From contig OX597831.1 in assembly GCA_951406725.2 (NCBI GenBank), positions 43,648,001 through 43,712,000 of the forward strand: a DNA stretch of 64,000 nt, read 5' to 3'. A program made the translations under genes and the position numbers. Below, one piece after another: positions 1 through 12,884 of the stretch. The notes under the pieces were generated by a model. That model did not search any database and was not told where the DNA came from. It was given only the letters and a program-made list of their open reading frames with translations. Numbering within the stretch: position 1 is the stretch's first letter; every line of letters begins with the position of its first letter. Source of the stretch: Octopus vulgaris. Lineage: Eukaryota.

Positions 1-51
1 AATGTAGTATAGCTGTGAAAACAGCAGCAAGATTAGGCATTTTATCCTTAC

Positions 52-465
52 ATCATCATCATCATCATCATTTGACGTCCGCTTTCCATGCTAGCATGGG
101 TTGGACGATTTGACTGAGGACTGGCGAACCAGATGGCTGCACCAGGCTCCAATCTGATCTGGCAGAGTTTCTACAGCTGGATGCCCTTCTTAATGCCAAC
201 CACTCCGGGAGTGTAGTGGGTGCTTTTACATGCCACCAGCATGAGGGCTAGTCTGGCGGTACTGGCAACGGCCACGCTCAAATGGTGTTTTTTACATGCC
301 ACCTGCACAGGAGTCAGTCCAGCGGCACTGGCAACGACCTCGCTTGAATGCTTTGTTCATGTGTCAGTAAGGCGATGCTGGTAATGATCACACTCAAATG
401 GTGCTTTTTACATGCCACCAGTATGGAAGCCAGACAGCTGCTCTAGCAGTGATCCCCCTCGGACA
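52..465 (-). mobile_element. Repeat family B (LINE-tail/SINE ending in (GAT)n), long copy with internal repeated units
   Basis: Shares ggaagggcatccagctgtagaaac...aacccatgctagcatggaaa.cggacgt.aaa(gat)n with many other copies; the ggtgcttttacatgccacc-like unit recurs 3 times. Confidence 0.8.
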
Positions 466-953
466 TGACAGGGGAAAAAAAAAAGCTATGTATTTAGCGT
501 TTAATTTGCTGGACATAGTTGCTAGTGAGTAGTTTAGCTTAACTGGTAGACTACTCAGCCAGTATCTGGAGGTGTGGGTTCAAGTCTTGTGGCTGTCTGC
601 TGACAACATTTTCTGTGATATTACGGTAAAAATCCAATCTTTCTGCTGTTTTCACAGCTATGTTGCTCTCAAAATATTACTTTCTTGCCTGTTTGAAATA
701 AAGTGCCTTGCTAAAGAACAACACACAGCCCAGTCTGGGAATCGAACTCACTACCTCATGATTGTGAGCCTGATGCTCTAACCCCTAAGCCATATGCTTT
801 CAGCTACAAAACTTAAACCAGGAACCATGTGGTTGGGAAGCGATCTTCTCACCACACAGCCATGTCTGCAGCTATAAAAAACAGATAACATAAAAAAAGC
901 TTGAACAAAAGACAAAAAAAATATTAATTTTTAAATTTCAAAAATTTACTTAC

Positions 954-1277
954 CAGAGAAAGAAACAACATCAGATCATAAGAAATATACTGGCATATAA
1001 TATATAAAGTCCTTCTCTTGGACACGGCATGGAATTTATAATAGACATCATGGATACGATGGAATTAGAGTTCCAAATTCCATTCTAATGACTTCTTAGT
1101 TTTTAGGTTTCTTTTGTGTATGACATTCAAAAAAAAAAGTTATAAATTTATCCGGTTGTTCTTTGCTAACAGAAAGGTAGACACATTTGGTCTGCAGATA
1201 TGTCACACTGGAGCACGCCACGCCACGATGGAAAAACAGCTATCGTCTCATAAATAAAAGTTGGCATTGTTTTTTAT
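954..1277 (-). other. Candidate spliced exon (probably 5' UTR or non-coding, 324 nt) of a minus-strand gene continuing left of the window
   Basis: Minus strand reads ctctattttttttcttgtttctttcttccacAG|ataaaaaac...ttctctg|GTAAGT: long polypyrimidine tract plus CAG acceptor (1278-1280) and perfect donor (948-953). Non-repetitive; no frame is open throughout. Confidence 0.65.
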
Positions 1278-2945
1278 CTGTGGAAGAAAGAAACAAGAAA
1301 AAAAATAGAGATATGAGAATATGAAAACAAAAAATAAAGAGGATAAAAAAAAACAACAAAAAGAAAGAACTCAATACATGAATTTTGGTCTATTCTTCAT
1401 TCAAACATTATTCGCTCATTCAGTAAGATAAAAGTTGGAATTGAATATATTTTTGTTGCCAACATCATCACCATCACCATCACCATCACCACCACCTTCA
1501 TTGTCATCGTTAACATAATTACCACAACCACTACTGTTGTCGTCATCGCTGTCATCATCATTATCATTATTGTCGTCGTTATCATCGTCATCGTCATCAT
1601 CATCATCATCATCATCTTAGTCATCGTCTTCATCATTTTAGTCATCATCATCATTGTTGTCATTATCATCATCGTCATCACCAACACCACCACCACTACC
1701 CTTCTTCTCCTCCTCATCATCATCTGCATTTTAAGTCCATTTTTTCCATGCTGGCATGGGTTGGATGGTTCGATCGGATGCAACAGGTCAAAGAACCAAC
1801 TCCTACACCAATGTCTTTAGTTTTGGCACTGTTTCTATGGTTGGATGCCTTTCCTAATACCAACCACTTTACAGGGTGCCCTCAGTGCATTTTTCATGGC
1901 ACCAGCACTATAAAGGATACCTTGCTATCAGCAATGTATATTTGTGTGTGTGTGTGTGTGTCTCCTTGTCTTGACAGTTTTAAACATGCATCAATGTCGT
2001 ACGAATATGTCATTCATTTCCTGTCTTCCATGAAAACATGTCCCTCTCCAGTTAAGCAAATATTTCCTTGCTTGCAAAACAGTTGAGTGTTGATGACTAG
2101 AAGAGCGCCCTGCTGTAAAAGATTTTGTTTGATTTGATTTATGTGAGGATGGAAAAGCAAATGTTAAAATGATGATGACAAAGATGCATACACGCACACA
2201 CATACGTGTGCATGCACACATGTACACACACACATGCACGTGTGCATGCACACATGTACACACACACGTCTATTATATATCATTTGTTTTCTCTTTATGT
2301 CTCATATTCCATGCTCAAATAGCATAGATGGCAGAAAAATGAGGCAATATTTCTATGATTGGATGCTCTTCTTGTCACTAACCATCACCTATTTTCCAAG
2401 TAAAGGGGTCTTTTTAATTCCAGAGAAATTTGAAAGTACAGAGCTGGTGGATGATTTGTTGACAAGAAATGTCAACAAACCAACACCTGTTGTAGACCAA
2501 ACACAAGCAGTGATGTTACTGTCTGCAAGCCATAACTTTCCATAAATGATATTCATCAATGGACTATTAGGCCTACCAACTTCTGAGACAGGGAAATCCG
2601 CCCATCCATCCAGCCACTCCACCCTGGGTAGATTCCTCAGGTAACTTCCTTTATTGGGTCCAGTCAGAAGCGACCATCATTACTCTTTCTGGCTGGATTG
2701 CCAACCATGACCAACTGAAACTACAGATATTATCCACCCATTTCATTGATCATCTACCCCTAATTCTCCTGCCAGTTGGCTTGAAGTATATGTCATGTGA
2801 TTCTTTCCTTTGACATTCTGATCACATGTCCAAAGTGGTAGAGAATTAGAATTAGAATAAGAATTAAATTTCATATTTTCCTAATTAAATCTTTGATTCT
2901 TCTGGGAATAATTTATTCCCAATTTCTATATTATATTATATATAT

Positions 2946-3254
2946 GTGCCGGTAGCACGTAAAAGCACCATCCGTTTGTGTCCGTTGCCAGCCTCGCCTG
3001 GACCCCGTGGCGGTGGCACGTAAAAACACCATCCGTCCATGCCGTTTGCCAGCTCTGTCTGGCACCTGTGCAGGTGGCACGTAAAAAGCACCCACTACAC
3101 TCACGGAGTGGTTGGCGTTAGGAAGGGCATCCAGCCGTAGAAACACTGCCAAATCTGATTGGGCCTGATGAAGCCTTCCGGCTTCACAGACCCCAGTTAA
3201 ACCGTCCAACCCATGCTAGCATGGAAAGCGGACGCTAAATGATGATGATGATGA
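2946..3254 (+). mobile_element. Repeat family B copy
   Basis: Same motif set ending in gatgatgatg. Further copies at about 5889-6120(-), 9959-10145(+), 13678-13868(+), 24034-24171(-), 45277-45426(+), 61015-61206(+). Confidence 0.8.
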
Positions 3255-3814
3255 TTCTTGTTTATGAAGCATGAACAATAGTTTCATTTGAGAAAAACAT
3301 CTTTCTTTTTACATCAACATCAAATTAAAGAGATACAAACACAATATGTACATGGATACATAAAAGTGTGTGTGTGTGTGTATGTGTGTGTATGTATGTA
3401 TGAGGGTGTGCGTGCATGCGTGCATGTGTGTAGTGGTGTCCTTCCAAGCTGTCTCCGAATATCATTAAAATCCCGTTTCCCTACATGTTTCCCTTACAAA
3501 ACCTGCGCATTTACATTTAGAAAGTTAAAACAACTAACAAACATGGTTCGGTCATATTTGCTGCCAGCCATTTTGGCAGTCTTGAATGAAGCATCATGAC
3601 TTGTACTATCCCAGAAAAGTGTTGGAACGGAGACGTCATGTGTGAGACAATCAATAGATGACCAACGACCAGCAACCAACCTTTATAACATCTGCTATGA
3701 ACAGACGTAAAATAATCACAGCAACAAGTAGGAGCCACCAGGGGTTGTTTGTCAAGGAAATCACCAACAGTTGTTCATTGACATCGTAAGATAAAGAAGA
3801 GTAAGCACTGGCTA

Positions 3815-3854
<40 letters not shown>

Positions 3855-5263
3855 ACACCATCGTTGCCATCCTCTTCCTCCTTATCATCATCATCATCAT
3901 TATTATCCACACCTTCATAGTCATCATCATTGTCCTCCGCCTCCTCCTTATCATCATCATCTTCCACACCACCACCACCACCACCACTGCAGCCTCCGCC
4001 ATCATCATCATCATCATTATCATCACCACCACCGCCGCCACCACTTAGAGAGTTACCGTCTGAGGCACAAATCCAGGCAAGATTGTTTATAGAAGATTGG
4101 CAGTCGCCCATGCATACCAGCCTTCCCTCTCCATGCCACTGATGTTATCCAAGGGAAAGACGAAGGTCGATACAGCTTGACACCAGTGACATCACAACAC
4201 ATTTCTACAGCTGAGTGAACTGGAGCAACGTGAAATAAAGTGTCTTGCTTAAGAACACAACATATATGTTAAGTAAATATCTAAATTTCTGAAATTAGTT
4301 AATGTTAATATGACTATAATTTCCCTGACTATTAACCTCAAATTTAGAAGTGAAACATTTCTCAGCAAGCTGTCAGAATCATTACCATGTAGAATCATTA
4401 GCAGCATTTTGTCCTTCTTTATGTTCTGGGTTCGAATTCTGCTTAGGCTGACTTTGCCTTTCATCCTTGTTGGGTCAATAAACTAAGTACCAGTTGAACA
4501 CTGGAGCTGATGTAATTGACTGACGCTTCTCTCAAAATTGTTGGCCTTCTGCCAAAATTTGAAACCGATGTTTATAAATTGCATAAAGTGCAGGTATGGT
4601 TGTGCATTTAAGAAGCTTGCTTTCAAACCATGTGGTCTTAGGTTCAGTCCCACTGCACGGCGTCTTGAGCAAGAGTTTTCTATTATTGCACCAGATTGAC
4701 CAGAATTAGTGAGGTCACCGAGTAACATGAAAAACAAGACACCCTCAAATGAAGCGACTGTAGTATTAAGGGAGGTAGATTAATGCAAGATGATGCAGAA
4801 TAAAGTATGACAGTGGGGTGGGACAGAAACAGGTATCTTGGAGTAGAGGAGATTACATGTGATAAATTTACATTCCTTTACCCTTTTAATGTGCCTTTTA
4901 CATTTATAGATCTTACCACTTTCATGATATTTCCATGTCAAATTTGACATTTAAATTCCCACCGAACATCTGATGGATTGTACCTAATTCATTTCTTATT
5001 AACAAGAGAACAGTTTCTGCTTTTACTGTCCAGATCTGTACCAACACCCAAGATTTAGTGCTTAACTCTTAAAGGTTGGTGTATCAGCCTGCTAGTTTTA
5101 TCCTGAAAGACAAAAAAATGCTGGCGATTTCAAGAATATCTTTTGTCTTTCATTCGTTGCAGTCATTAGACTGTGGCCATGCTGGGGCACCAGCTTGAAG
5201 AATTTTAGTCAAATGAATGAATCCCCAGAACTTTTTTTTTTTTAAAGTCTGGTAGTTATTCTA

Positions 5264-5574
5264 TGCTGTCGAAGGATTTTGACTACCCCCACGTGACCAA
5301 ATGTGGATTGACATATAAAGAAACTATGTGAACAGCAAGCATTTGACAGTGTTGATCATTCATATTGGATTAATATGTTAGTTTAATATCGTACCTACAT
5401 TTGGTTCAGTACAGAACACGTTCTGTGTGAATATGTTAATTCTGCGAAAGGTTATTCTAGATAACCATATCCAAATATTCATTTGGGTAATACTATTCTA
5501 CACCCCTGTGCACACCCCAACATTGTCATAACACTATTGGCATTGAGATATTCAACCTCCCCGAAGACATAACA
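5264..5574. mobile_element. Solo LTR inserted in a family A SINE
   Basis: Begins TG(CTGT), ends (ATAA)CA, flanked by 5-bp direct repeat TTCTA (5259-5263, 5575-5579); interrupts the SINE motif ttattctat. Confidence 0.6.
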
Positions 5575-5853
5575 TTCTATCAATCTCTTTTGCCAAACTA
5601 CTAAGTTATGGTGGCATAAACACATCAACACCAGTTGTCAAGTCGTGGTGAGGGACAAACACACACAAATAGACACACACATAAATATATATATATACAT
5701 ACAATGCACTTCTTTCGTTTTCTGTCTAACAAATCCACTTACGAGGTTTTGACCAGCCAAAGGCTATAGTAGAAAATACATGATCAAGTGTGGGACTGAA
5801 CTCAGAACCATGTGGTTGGGAAGCAAACTTCTTACCACATAGCCACACCTGTG

Positions 5854-5890
<37 letters not shown>

Positions 5891-6120
5891 TCATCATCAT
5901 CATCATCATCATCGTTTAACGTCCGTTCTCCATGCTAGCATGGGTTGGATGGTTCGACCGGGGATCTGGGAAGCCAGAAGGCTGCACCAGGCTCCGGTCT
6001 TATTTGGCAATGTTTCTACAGCTGGATGCCCTTCCTAACGCCAACCACTCTGTGAGTGTAGTGGGTGCTTTTTACGTGCCACCGACACGGAAGCCAGTCG
6101 AGGTGCCGCTGGCATCGGCC

Positions 6121-6198
<78 letters not shown>

Positions 6199-6435
6199 TT
6201 GTGTATGTGTATATATATATGTATGTATGTATATATACCAAATAAACACACACACTATATATTCGTTCTTCACTTGTCTATTATCGTTTCTTATTTTATC
6301 TTATGTTCATTGTCCGGACAACAAATCTAAGATTAAATAAGAGCCATAATAAATGTGTAAAGAATATATAGCATGTATGTTTATTTGGCACAAAAAAAAA
6401 AAATGACCATCCCACAATATTACAATATATATATA

Positions 6436-7200
6436 TCATCATCATCATCATCATCATCGTTTAAACGTCCGTTTTCCGCGCTAGCACGGGTTGGACGGTT
6501 CGACCGGGGTCTGGGAAGCCAGGGGCCGCTCCAGGCTCCAGTCTGATTCTGGCAGAGTTTCTACGGCTGGATGCCCTTCCTAACGCCAACCACTCGGTGA
6601 GTGGATTGGGTGCTTTTTACGTGCCACCTGCACAGGGGCCGGGGGGTCCGGCATCGGTCACGATCGGTTCGAGCTTTTAACGTGCCAGGGACACGGGGGC
6701 AACGGGATGCGGGGTAGAGTTGAGTTGGGGGGGGGGTCCAGCTGAGAAAGGTTTCACCAGTGAAAAGAGAGGGAGAGATAGTAAAGGGGTGCAGGTAATA
6801 TAGGGGAGCACCAGTGGGGAAGGTTGGGGTAAGGAGGAACGATGGCAGGAAGGGTTGGTGAAGGTTCGTAAGAAATATAAACGTAGGATGTGTATATATA
6901 TATATGGGTAGGTGTGGGGGAGGTTGGGGGGTAAGGAGGAACGATGGCAGGAAGGGTTGGTGCAGGTTTGTAAGAAATAAAAACGTAGGATATTACGAGG
7001 CATGGAGGGGACTGGAAGGAGATAGTAGGATTGAGGCAGTGTCAGATTCAAAACAGGAGGAAGCGTAAGATCAGAGGGCGGTTGATGAGCTGAGACGCTA
7101 GCAGCTTGTCTTTTCTCAGTGAAAGCATATGAGGAGAAGGGGTGGTGGGGGAGGAGGAGGGAGTATCCGGTGTAGATGGTGAGAACAGTGTTCACCTGTA
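6436..7200 (-). mobile_element. Family B copy with long upstream extension (possible parent LINE 3' UTR)
   Basis: Family B tail at 6436-6640 continues into G-rich (+) sequence containing a ~100-bp direct duplication (aaggaggaacgatggcaggaagggttggtg near 6831 and 6933). Confidence 0.55.
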
Positions 7201-7313
7201 TTGGTGGTGGGGGTGGTATTGGTGGTATTGGTGGTGGGGGTGGTATTGGTGGTATTGGTGGTGGTATTGGTGGTATTGGTGGTGGTATTGGTGGTATTGG
7301 TGGTGGTATTGGT

Positions 7314-7318
<5 letters not shown>
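7199..7318. repeat. (GGT)n-ATT compound tandem repeat
   Basis: Repeated ggtggtatt / ggtggtggtatt units. Confidence 0.9.
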
Positions 7319-7348
<30 letters not shown>

Positions 7349-7964
7349 AGGACAACAAATGTTTAGGCAAGGCAAACATCTCAAGTCATATACATTATCA
7401 GGAGTGTGTTTACGTCCCCGTCACTTAGCGGTTCGGCAAAAGAAACCGATAGAATAAGTACTGGGCTTACAAAGAATAAGTCCCGGGGTCGATTTGCTCG
7501 ACTAAAGGCGGTGCTCCAGCATGGCCGCAGTCAAATGACTGAAACAAGTAAAAGAGTAATTATAATGTATATAAGTTGACATGTTTGCCTTGCCTTAATG
7601 TTTGTTGTCCTCTTTAACAGTTATATATCCATTGCATCGGAAATCTACAATGGCTCCATAATTATCATCTCAGCTATAACCTTGGAGCCCTAGTAATCCG
7701 TTACAGCACTTACCTAGCGTACCTAATCATTTAGATCACCTGTGAACTAAACCCCCATACTTTGTATATATATATACATATATATACAATTGAAAAATAG
7801 GAAAAAATCTTTATAAGAATTTGTCAAATAGTTAGCATGAAAAACCCCATAAAGGAAAAAAATCTATCAATTATTCCTCTTAAATATATTTACTTATATT
7901 AAGGGCATTACTATACATAAATGTCTCATGCTATATAAGTCAAAACTATATATATATATATATA

Positions 7965-8400
7965 GTTAATCCAAACAAGAAAACAAAAACAAAAAAACAA
8001 CAATGCAAGGACGTGGAACAAATAAAGTAGTATTGGACGCTCAGGAAAGAAGGGAAGAAGGAGGGTTTGACGTTTTGAGCAGAGCTCTTCGTCGGAAACA
8101 TAAGAGAAGGAAAGATCCCGAGAAGGGAAGACAGGGGAAAAAAATCGCTAGTGATAGCTGCAAAATTATCACAGAACTGTTAGAGTTACATGTTCCTGTT
8201 TGTTGGACATTTGTGATGAATATTGAATTAAAATCAATTTTAATTCAATATTCATCACAAATGTCTGACGAATGGTAACATGAATCTTTGAGTAACAGTT
8301 TTTGAGAATTTTGCAGCTTCCATAAAAGCATATTACTCTGTATTTGGTATTCAAGTACTATTTTTTTTCCGTCAGGTTTTGCATTTACATGCTTACTTGT
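7965..8400. mobile_element. Penelope-like terminal-repeat fragments with degenerate hammerhead motifs and a fold-back
   Basis: HHR-like motif on - at 8065-8099 and on + at 8254-8300; perfect 29-bp inverted repeat 8206-8234/8237-8265; abuts (TA)n. Confidence 0.6.
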
Positions 8401-9266
8401 ATGTGTGTTCGTGTACATACATACTTTTCTATGTCATTCAACATTCAAATTTGATTTGCCAACTTTTATTCTTTATGTTGTGTCTGGGGAGAGTCACACT
8501 CACTGGTAAAATTTCCACTTCTTTCTTATTTTTATTTTCCTAAAATTTTCGTTGTGTCTTCCAACCTTTTCAATAGTTTTGACTGTCCGTTATTTACACT
8601 GCGTTCCTTTTTGTTTGTTTGTGCGCATGTGTGTGGGTCAGTGTGTGTGTGTGTGTGCCTATGCATGTATGTATTTATGTATGTATGTATGTATGTATGC
8701 ATGTCTATGTATGCATATGTATGTATGTGTGTACATCTGTATGTATGTATTCTGAATATTCATGTGCTTGCATATCTGTGCATGTATGTGTGTATATATA
8801 CATACATACATACATACATACATACATACATACATACATACATACATACATACATACATACATACATAGATACATATATATAGATAGATAGATATCACTT
8901 AAAAGACAAAAATGGTTCTGTGTTCTTTAGTGTAGACACATTAATAGGTTTTGTGTCCAAAGGGTGAAACATACAATCCTATTTCAGAAAAGGAAAAGAT
9001 TTGTAGACAAGAATTGATCATGAAGTTCTTGTTGTCTGGCCCTAGGTTAACCTTGATTGAATAAACCCGTAATGAAAAATGCTCTAATGGTAACCTTTCT
9101 GGGAAGCTCCCTTTGAAACCTCATGGTTTTGGGTTCAGTTCCACTGTTCAGTACCTTGGGCAAGTGCCCTCTGCTAAAGCTCCAGGCCAACCAATTCCTT
9201 GTGAATGAATTTGGAGGACAGAAACTGTGAGGAAGCCTGTCATGTGTGTGTATGTGTGCATATATG

Positions 9267-9909
9267 TATGAGGGGTTGCTGAAAAGTTCCTGGCTTTAAG
9301 GATATCGTGAAAGGTCTGGTTGGAGTCTCAACCTTGTGAGTTCTTTTACAGGGATTAGTAAAACTGAAGGACCATTGCAATAAGTGTGTGAATCTGAGAG
9401 GGGAATATACTCTTACTCTTTACTCTTTTACTTGTTTCAGTCATTTGACTGCGGCCATGCTGGAGCACTGCCTTTAGTTGAGCAAATCAACCCCGGGACT
9501 TATTCTTTGTAAGCCCAGTACTTATTCTATCGGTCTCTTTTGCCGAACCGCTAAGTGACGGGGATGTAAACACACCAGCATCGGTTGTCAAGCAATGCTA
9601 GGGGGACAAACACAGACATGCAAACATATACACACACACACACACATATATATATACATATATACGACGGGCCTCTTTCAGTTTCTGTCTACCAAATCCA
9701 CTCACAAGGCATTGGTCGGCTTGAGGCTATAGTAGAAGACACTTGCCCAAGATGCTATGCAGTGGGACTGAACCCGGAACCATGTGGTTGGTAAGCAAGG
9801 TACTTACCACACAGCCACTCCTGCGCCTATGTTCAACAAAATCATAATTAATTGATCCTTCTGCAATTTCTTTTACCCAAAGCTAGGAACTTTTCAGCAC
9901 CCCCTCATA
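9267..9909 (+). mobile_element. Tc1/mariner-derived MITE interrupted by a family A SINE
   Basis: ~30-bp imperfect TIRs tatgaggggttgctgaaaagttcctggcttt / aaagctaggaacttttcagcaccccctcata with TA ends; internal remnant tgcaataagtgtgtgaatctgagaggggaatat (CNKCVNLRGEY) resembles the mariner transposase C-terminus (W.KC....G.Y). Confidence 0.75.
9410..9827 (-). mobile_element. tRNA-derived SINE family A, full length
   Basis: Head ggcgcaggagtggctgtgtggtaag (A box) and gggttcagtccc (B-box-like), CORE-like cttgggcaagtgtctt, internal microsatellite, (agagtaaa)n tail. Confidence 0.85.
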
Positions 9910-10364
9910 TATATACATACATGCATACATACATACATACATACATATATATATATGTAGGTGGCACGTAAAAAGCACCCACTACACTCCCGGAGTGGTT
10001 GGCGTTAGGAAGGGCATCCAGCTGTAGAAACACTGCCAGATCAGACTGGAGCCTGGTGCAGCCCCTGGCTTCCCAGACCCCGGTCGAACCGTCTAACCCA
10101 TGCTAGCGCGGAAAACGGACGTTAAACGATGATGATGATGATGATATATATATGAGTGTGTGTGTGTCACACTGCTATTGCTTGTCAACTGGTGTTGGTA
10201 TGTTTATGTCCCTATAACTTAGTGGAAACAGATAAGAATTGGTAATAGGCAGAGCATACAGCTGAAGAAAATCTGCTCAATAAGTTCTTCATTTGATTCC
10301 TGTGAGCATGGTAAAGTGGATGTTAAAACATTGATGGTGATGGTGGTTGTGATGACGGAGGTGG

Positions 10365-10398
<34 letters not shown>

Positions 10399-12084
10399 GA
10401 TGATGATGATGATGAGGGTGATGATGATGGTGGTGGTGGTGGTGGTAGTGATGAAGATGAGGGTGATGATGATGATGATGATAATGATAGTAGAAGTGAT
10501 GATGGTGGTGGTGTTGATGATGGTGGGTGGTGATGGAGCTGATGATGATGAGGGTGATTATGATGATGATGATAATGATAGTGGTAGTGTTGATGATGGT
10601 GGTGGTAGATCTGATGATGATGATGATGATGATGATGATGACGACGATGATGAGAATGATGGTGAGGACGATGATAATGATGATGATTATGGTGGTGGTA
10701 TGAAACTAAAACCCCTTTATACCCCATGAATCAGCTTAGCATTGAATTCGGCATAGAAAACCCATCTATGGACACTGAACCTCTTCATTGGGTAAATTAA
10801 AATAATAACAAAAAAAAGTAAAATAACAAATATAGAAAATAAAATAAAAATCATGAAGCCCCCCTTTCATAGGCATTGCAATGTTGTTAGGCAAGCTACG
10901 TTATATTATTATATTATCAAGAAAATAAACTGTACTATTGATTTAATAAAAATCTAAGCACCAATTTTATATATGGGGGGGGTGGGGCTCATAATCAGTT
11001 GAGTCAAACCTTGCATATTCCTAGTGCTAAGCTCATCAATACGAGAGGGATTAGAAGTAAAAGGCAGCTCTTGTGGGATTTGAACTCAGAATGGGTTCAA
11101 GTGATTACAAAACTAAATATTCTAAATGCATTTTGATGACTTTCTATCTCTTTTTTTCTTTTCTTCTTTTTGCCAACTCGTCACCTTTAATGTAAATAGT
11201 AATATCACTTATCTGATATTAGAAGGATATTAGCATGCCAATCAAGGACAAAGCATCTGTGCTGAGTAAACACCTGTGCAAATATCTAAATAGCAGAGCA
11301 GATAGAAGATAGAAGAATTATAATCAAAGATCTATGTGCAAAAGTGAGTGTGTGTGTGTGTGTGCGTATGTGTAAAAGTGTGTGTGTGCGTATGTGTAAA
11401 AGTGTGTGTGTGCGTATGTGTAAAAGTGTGTGTGTACATTTGATTGTGTACATGATGTTTTATCTAATTGCTTTAAATTGGCATCCCATTTAGCAAACAT
11501 CTGTATTGATACACTGTATTTATAACAAACTGTGTGACTCTGACAGCAGTTTTTCTGTCAGTCTTTTGCTAATGATCTGCATGTTTAGTTAGTATGTTAG
11601 CAACCATCCGATTAAATTCAGTTCTGCTTGTCCATCATGTCAAATGCTGACCTCGGCTTTAGTGGTGTTGGTGGGGTTATATGTCCTACAGTAAAGATTC
11701 ACATTCATTGACAGAATCTTATCAAACTTGACCCTTTAACATATTAATCTTGGCAAATCTAGCCGCCTTACAGACAGTACTGTATATTCCATCGGGCCAT
11801 TTCCCAGCCTTGTTGACACATTCATTATCTTTGGTGGAAGGAAAACTCCATTGTAAATCACACAGGAAATTAAGTTATTCTTAGTTTGTTCCTCCAATCA
11901 TTTCTCTCTATGAACACTGCAACATATCTAGCATCCTTAGTATTATGGAGAATAAAGGTTTATAAAGTAACATTTCAGACCAGACCCATGTGAAATATTC
12001 AACTGTATGTTGTTGTTGTTTAGCTCAAGGTTAGCTTCCATTGAGTAAACCTATAACCAAGGACTTTCTAGTCGTAACCAAATT

Positions 12085-12146
<62 letters not shown>

Positions 12147-12261
12147 ATCCAATTTCCAGTGCACTGTGATCTGTGAGGGGATTTGGTATACAGAAACTGA
12201 AAGGAACCTGCCATATATATATATATATACATATATAGCACTTGTCAACATTTCAAGTCTC

Positions 12262-12315
<54 letters not shown>

Positions 12316-12331
12316 CACACATCTATCTAAC

Positions 12332-12369
<38 letters not shown>

Positions 12370-12843
12370 TCTATATATATGCATACATACATAAATACAT
12401 ACATACACACACACACACATATACATATATATATCATCATCATCATCGTCGTTTAACGTCCGTTCTCCATATGATAGATAGATAGATAAATATAGATAGA
12501 CAGATCAACAGATAGACAGACAGACTAACAGATAGACAGATGGACAGACAGACAAACAGATAGATATGTATATATGTGTGCATTAGTGTGTTCATGGGTG
12601 TTTATGTGTTGGTGTCTCTGTGTCTTGATATTGCTCAATAGTTGTAAACGATCATTACCAACATACAAGTGATATCCTTTGTTTCCAATCCTCCATGGAT
12701 GCATGTCTGGTCATGGGGAAATGCTATCTCTTGCTCGGAAATAGGTGAGGACCGGTGACAAGAAGGGCACAGTACCATAGAAAATCTGTCTCAACAAATT
12801 CCATCTGACCCAAGCAAACATGGAAAAGTGGACGTTAAAATAC

Positions 12844-12884
<41 letters not shown>

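Noticed and set aside
52-465. Repeat-spacer-like pattern (CRISPR?)
   Set aside because: Degenerate internal units of a eukaryotic retroelement tail; no cas genes.
6677-7384. 235-aa proline-rich ORF
   Set aside because: Runs through (TA)n, (GGT)n-ATT and a repeat; composition artefact.
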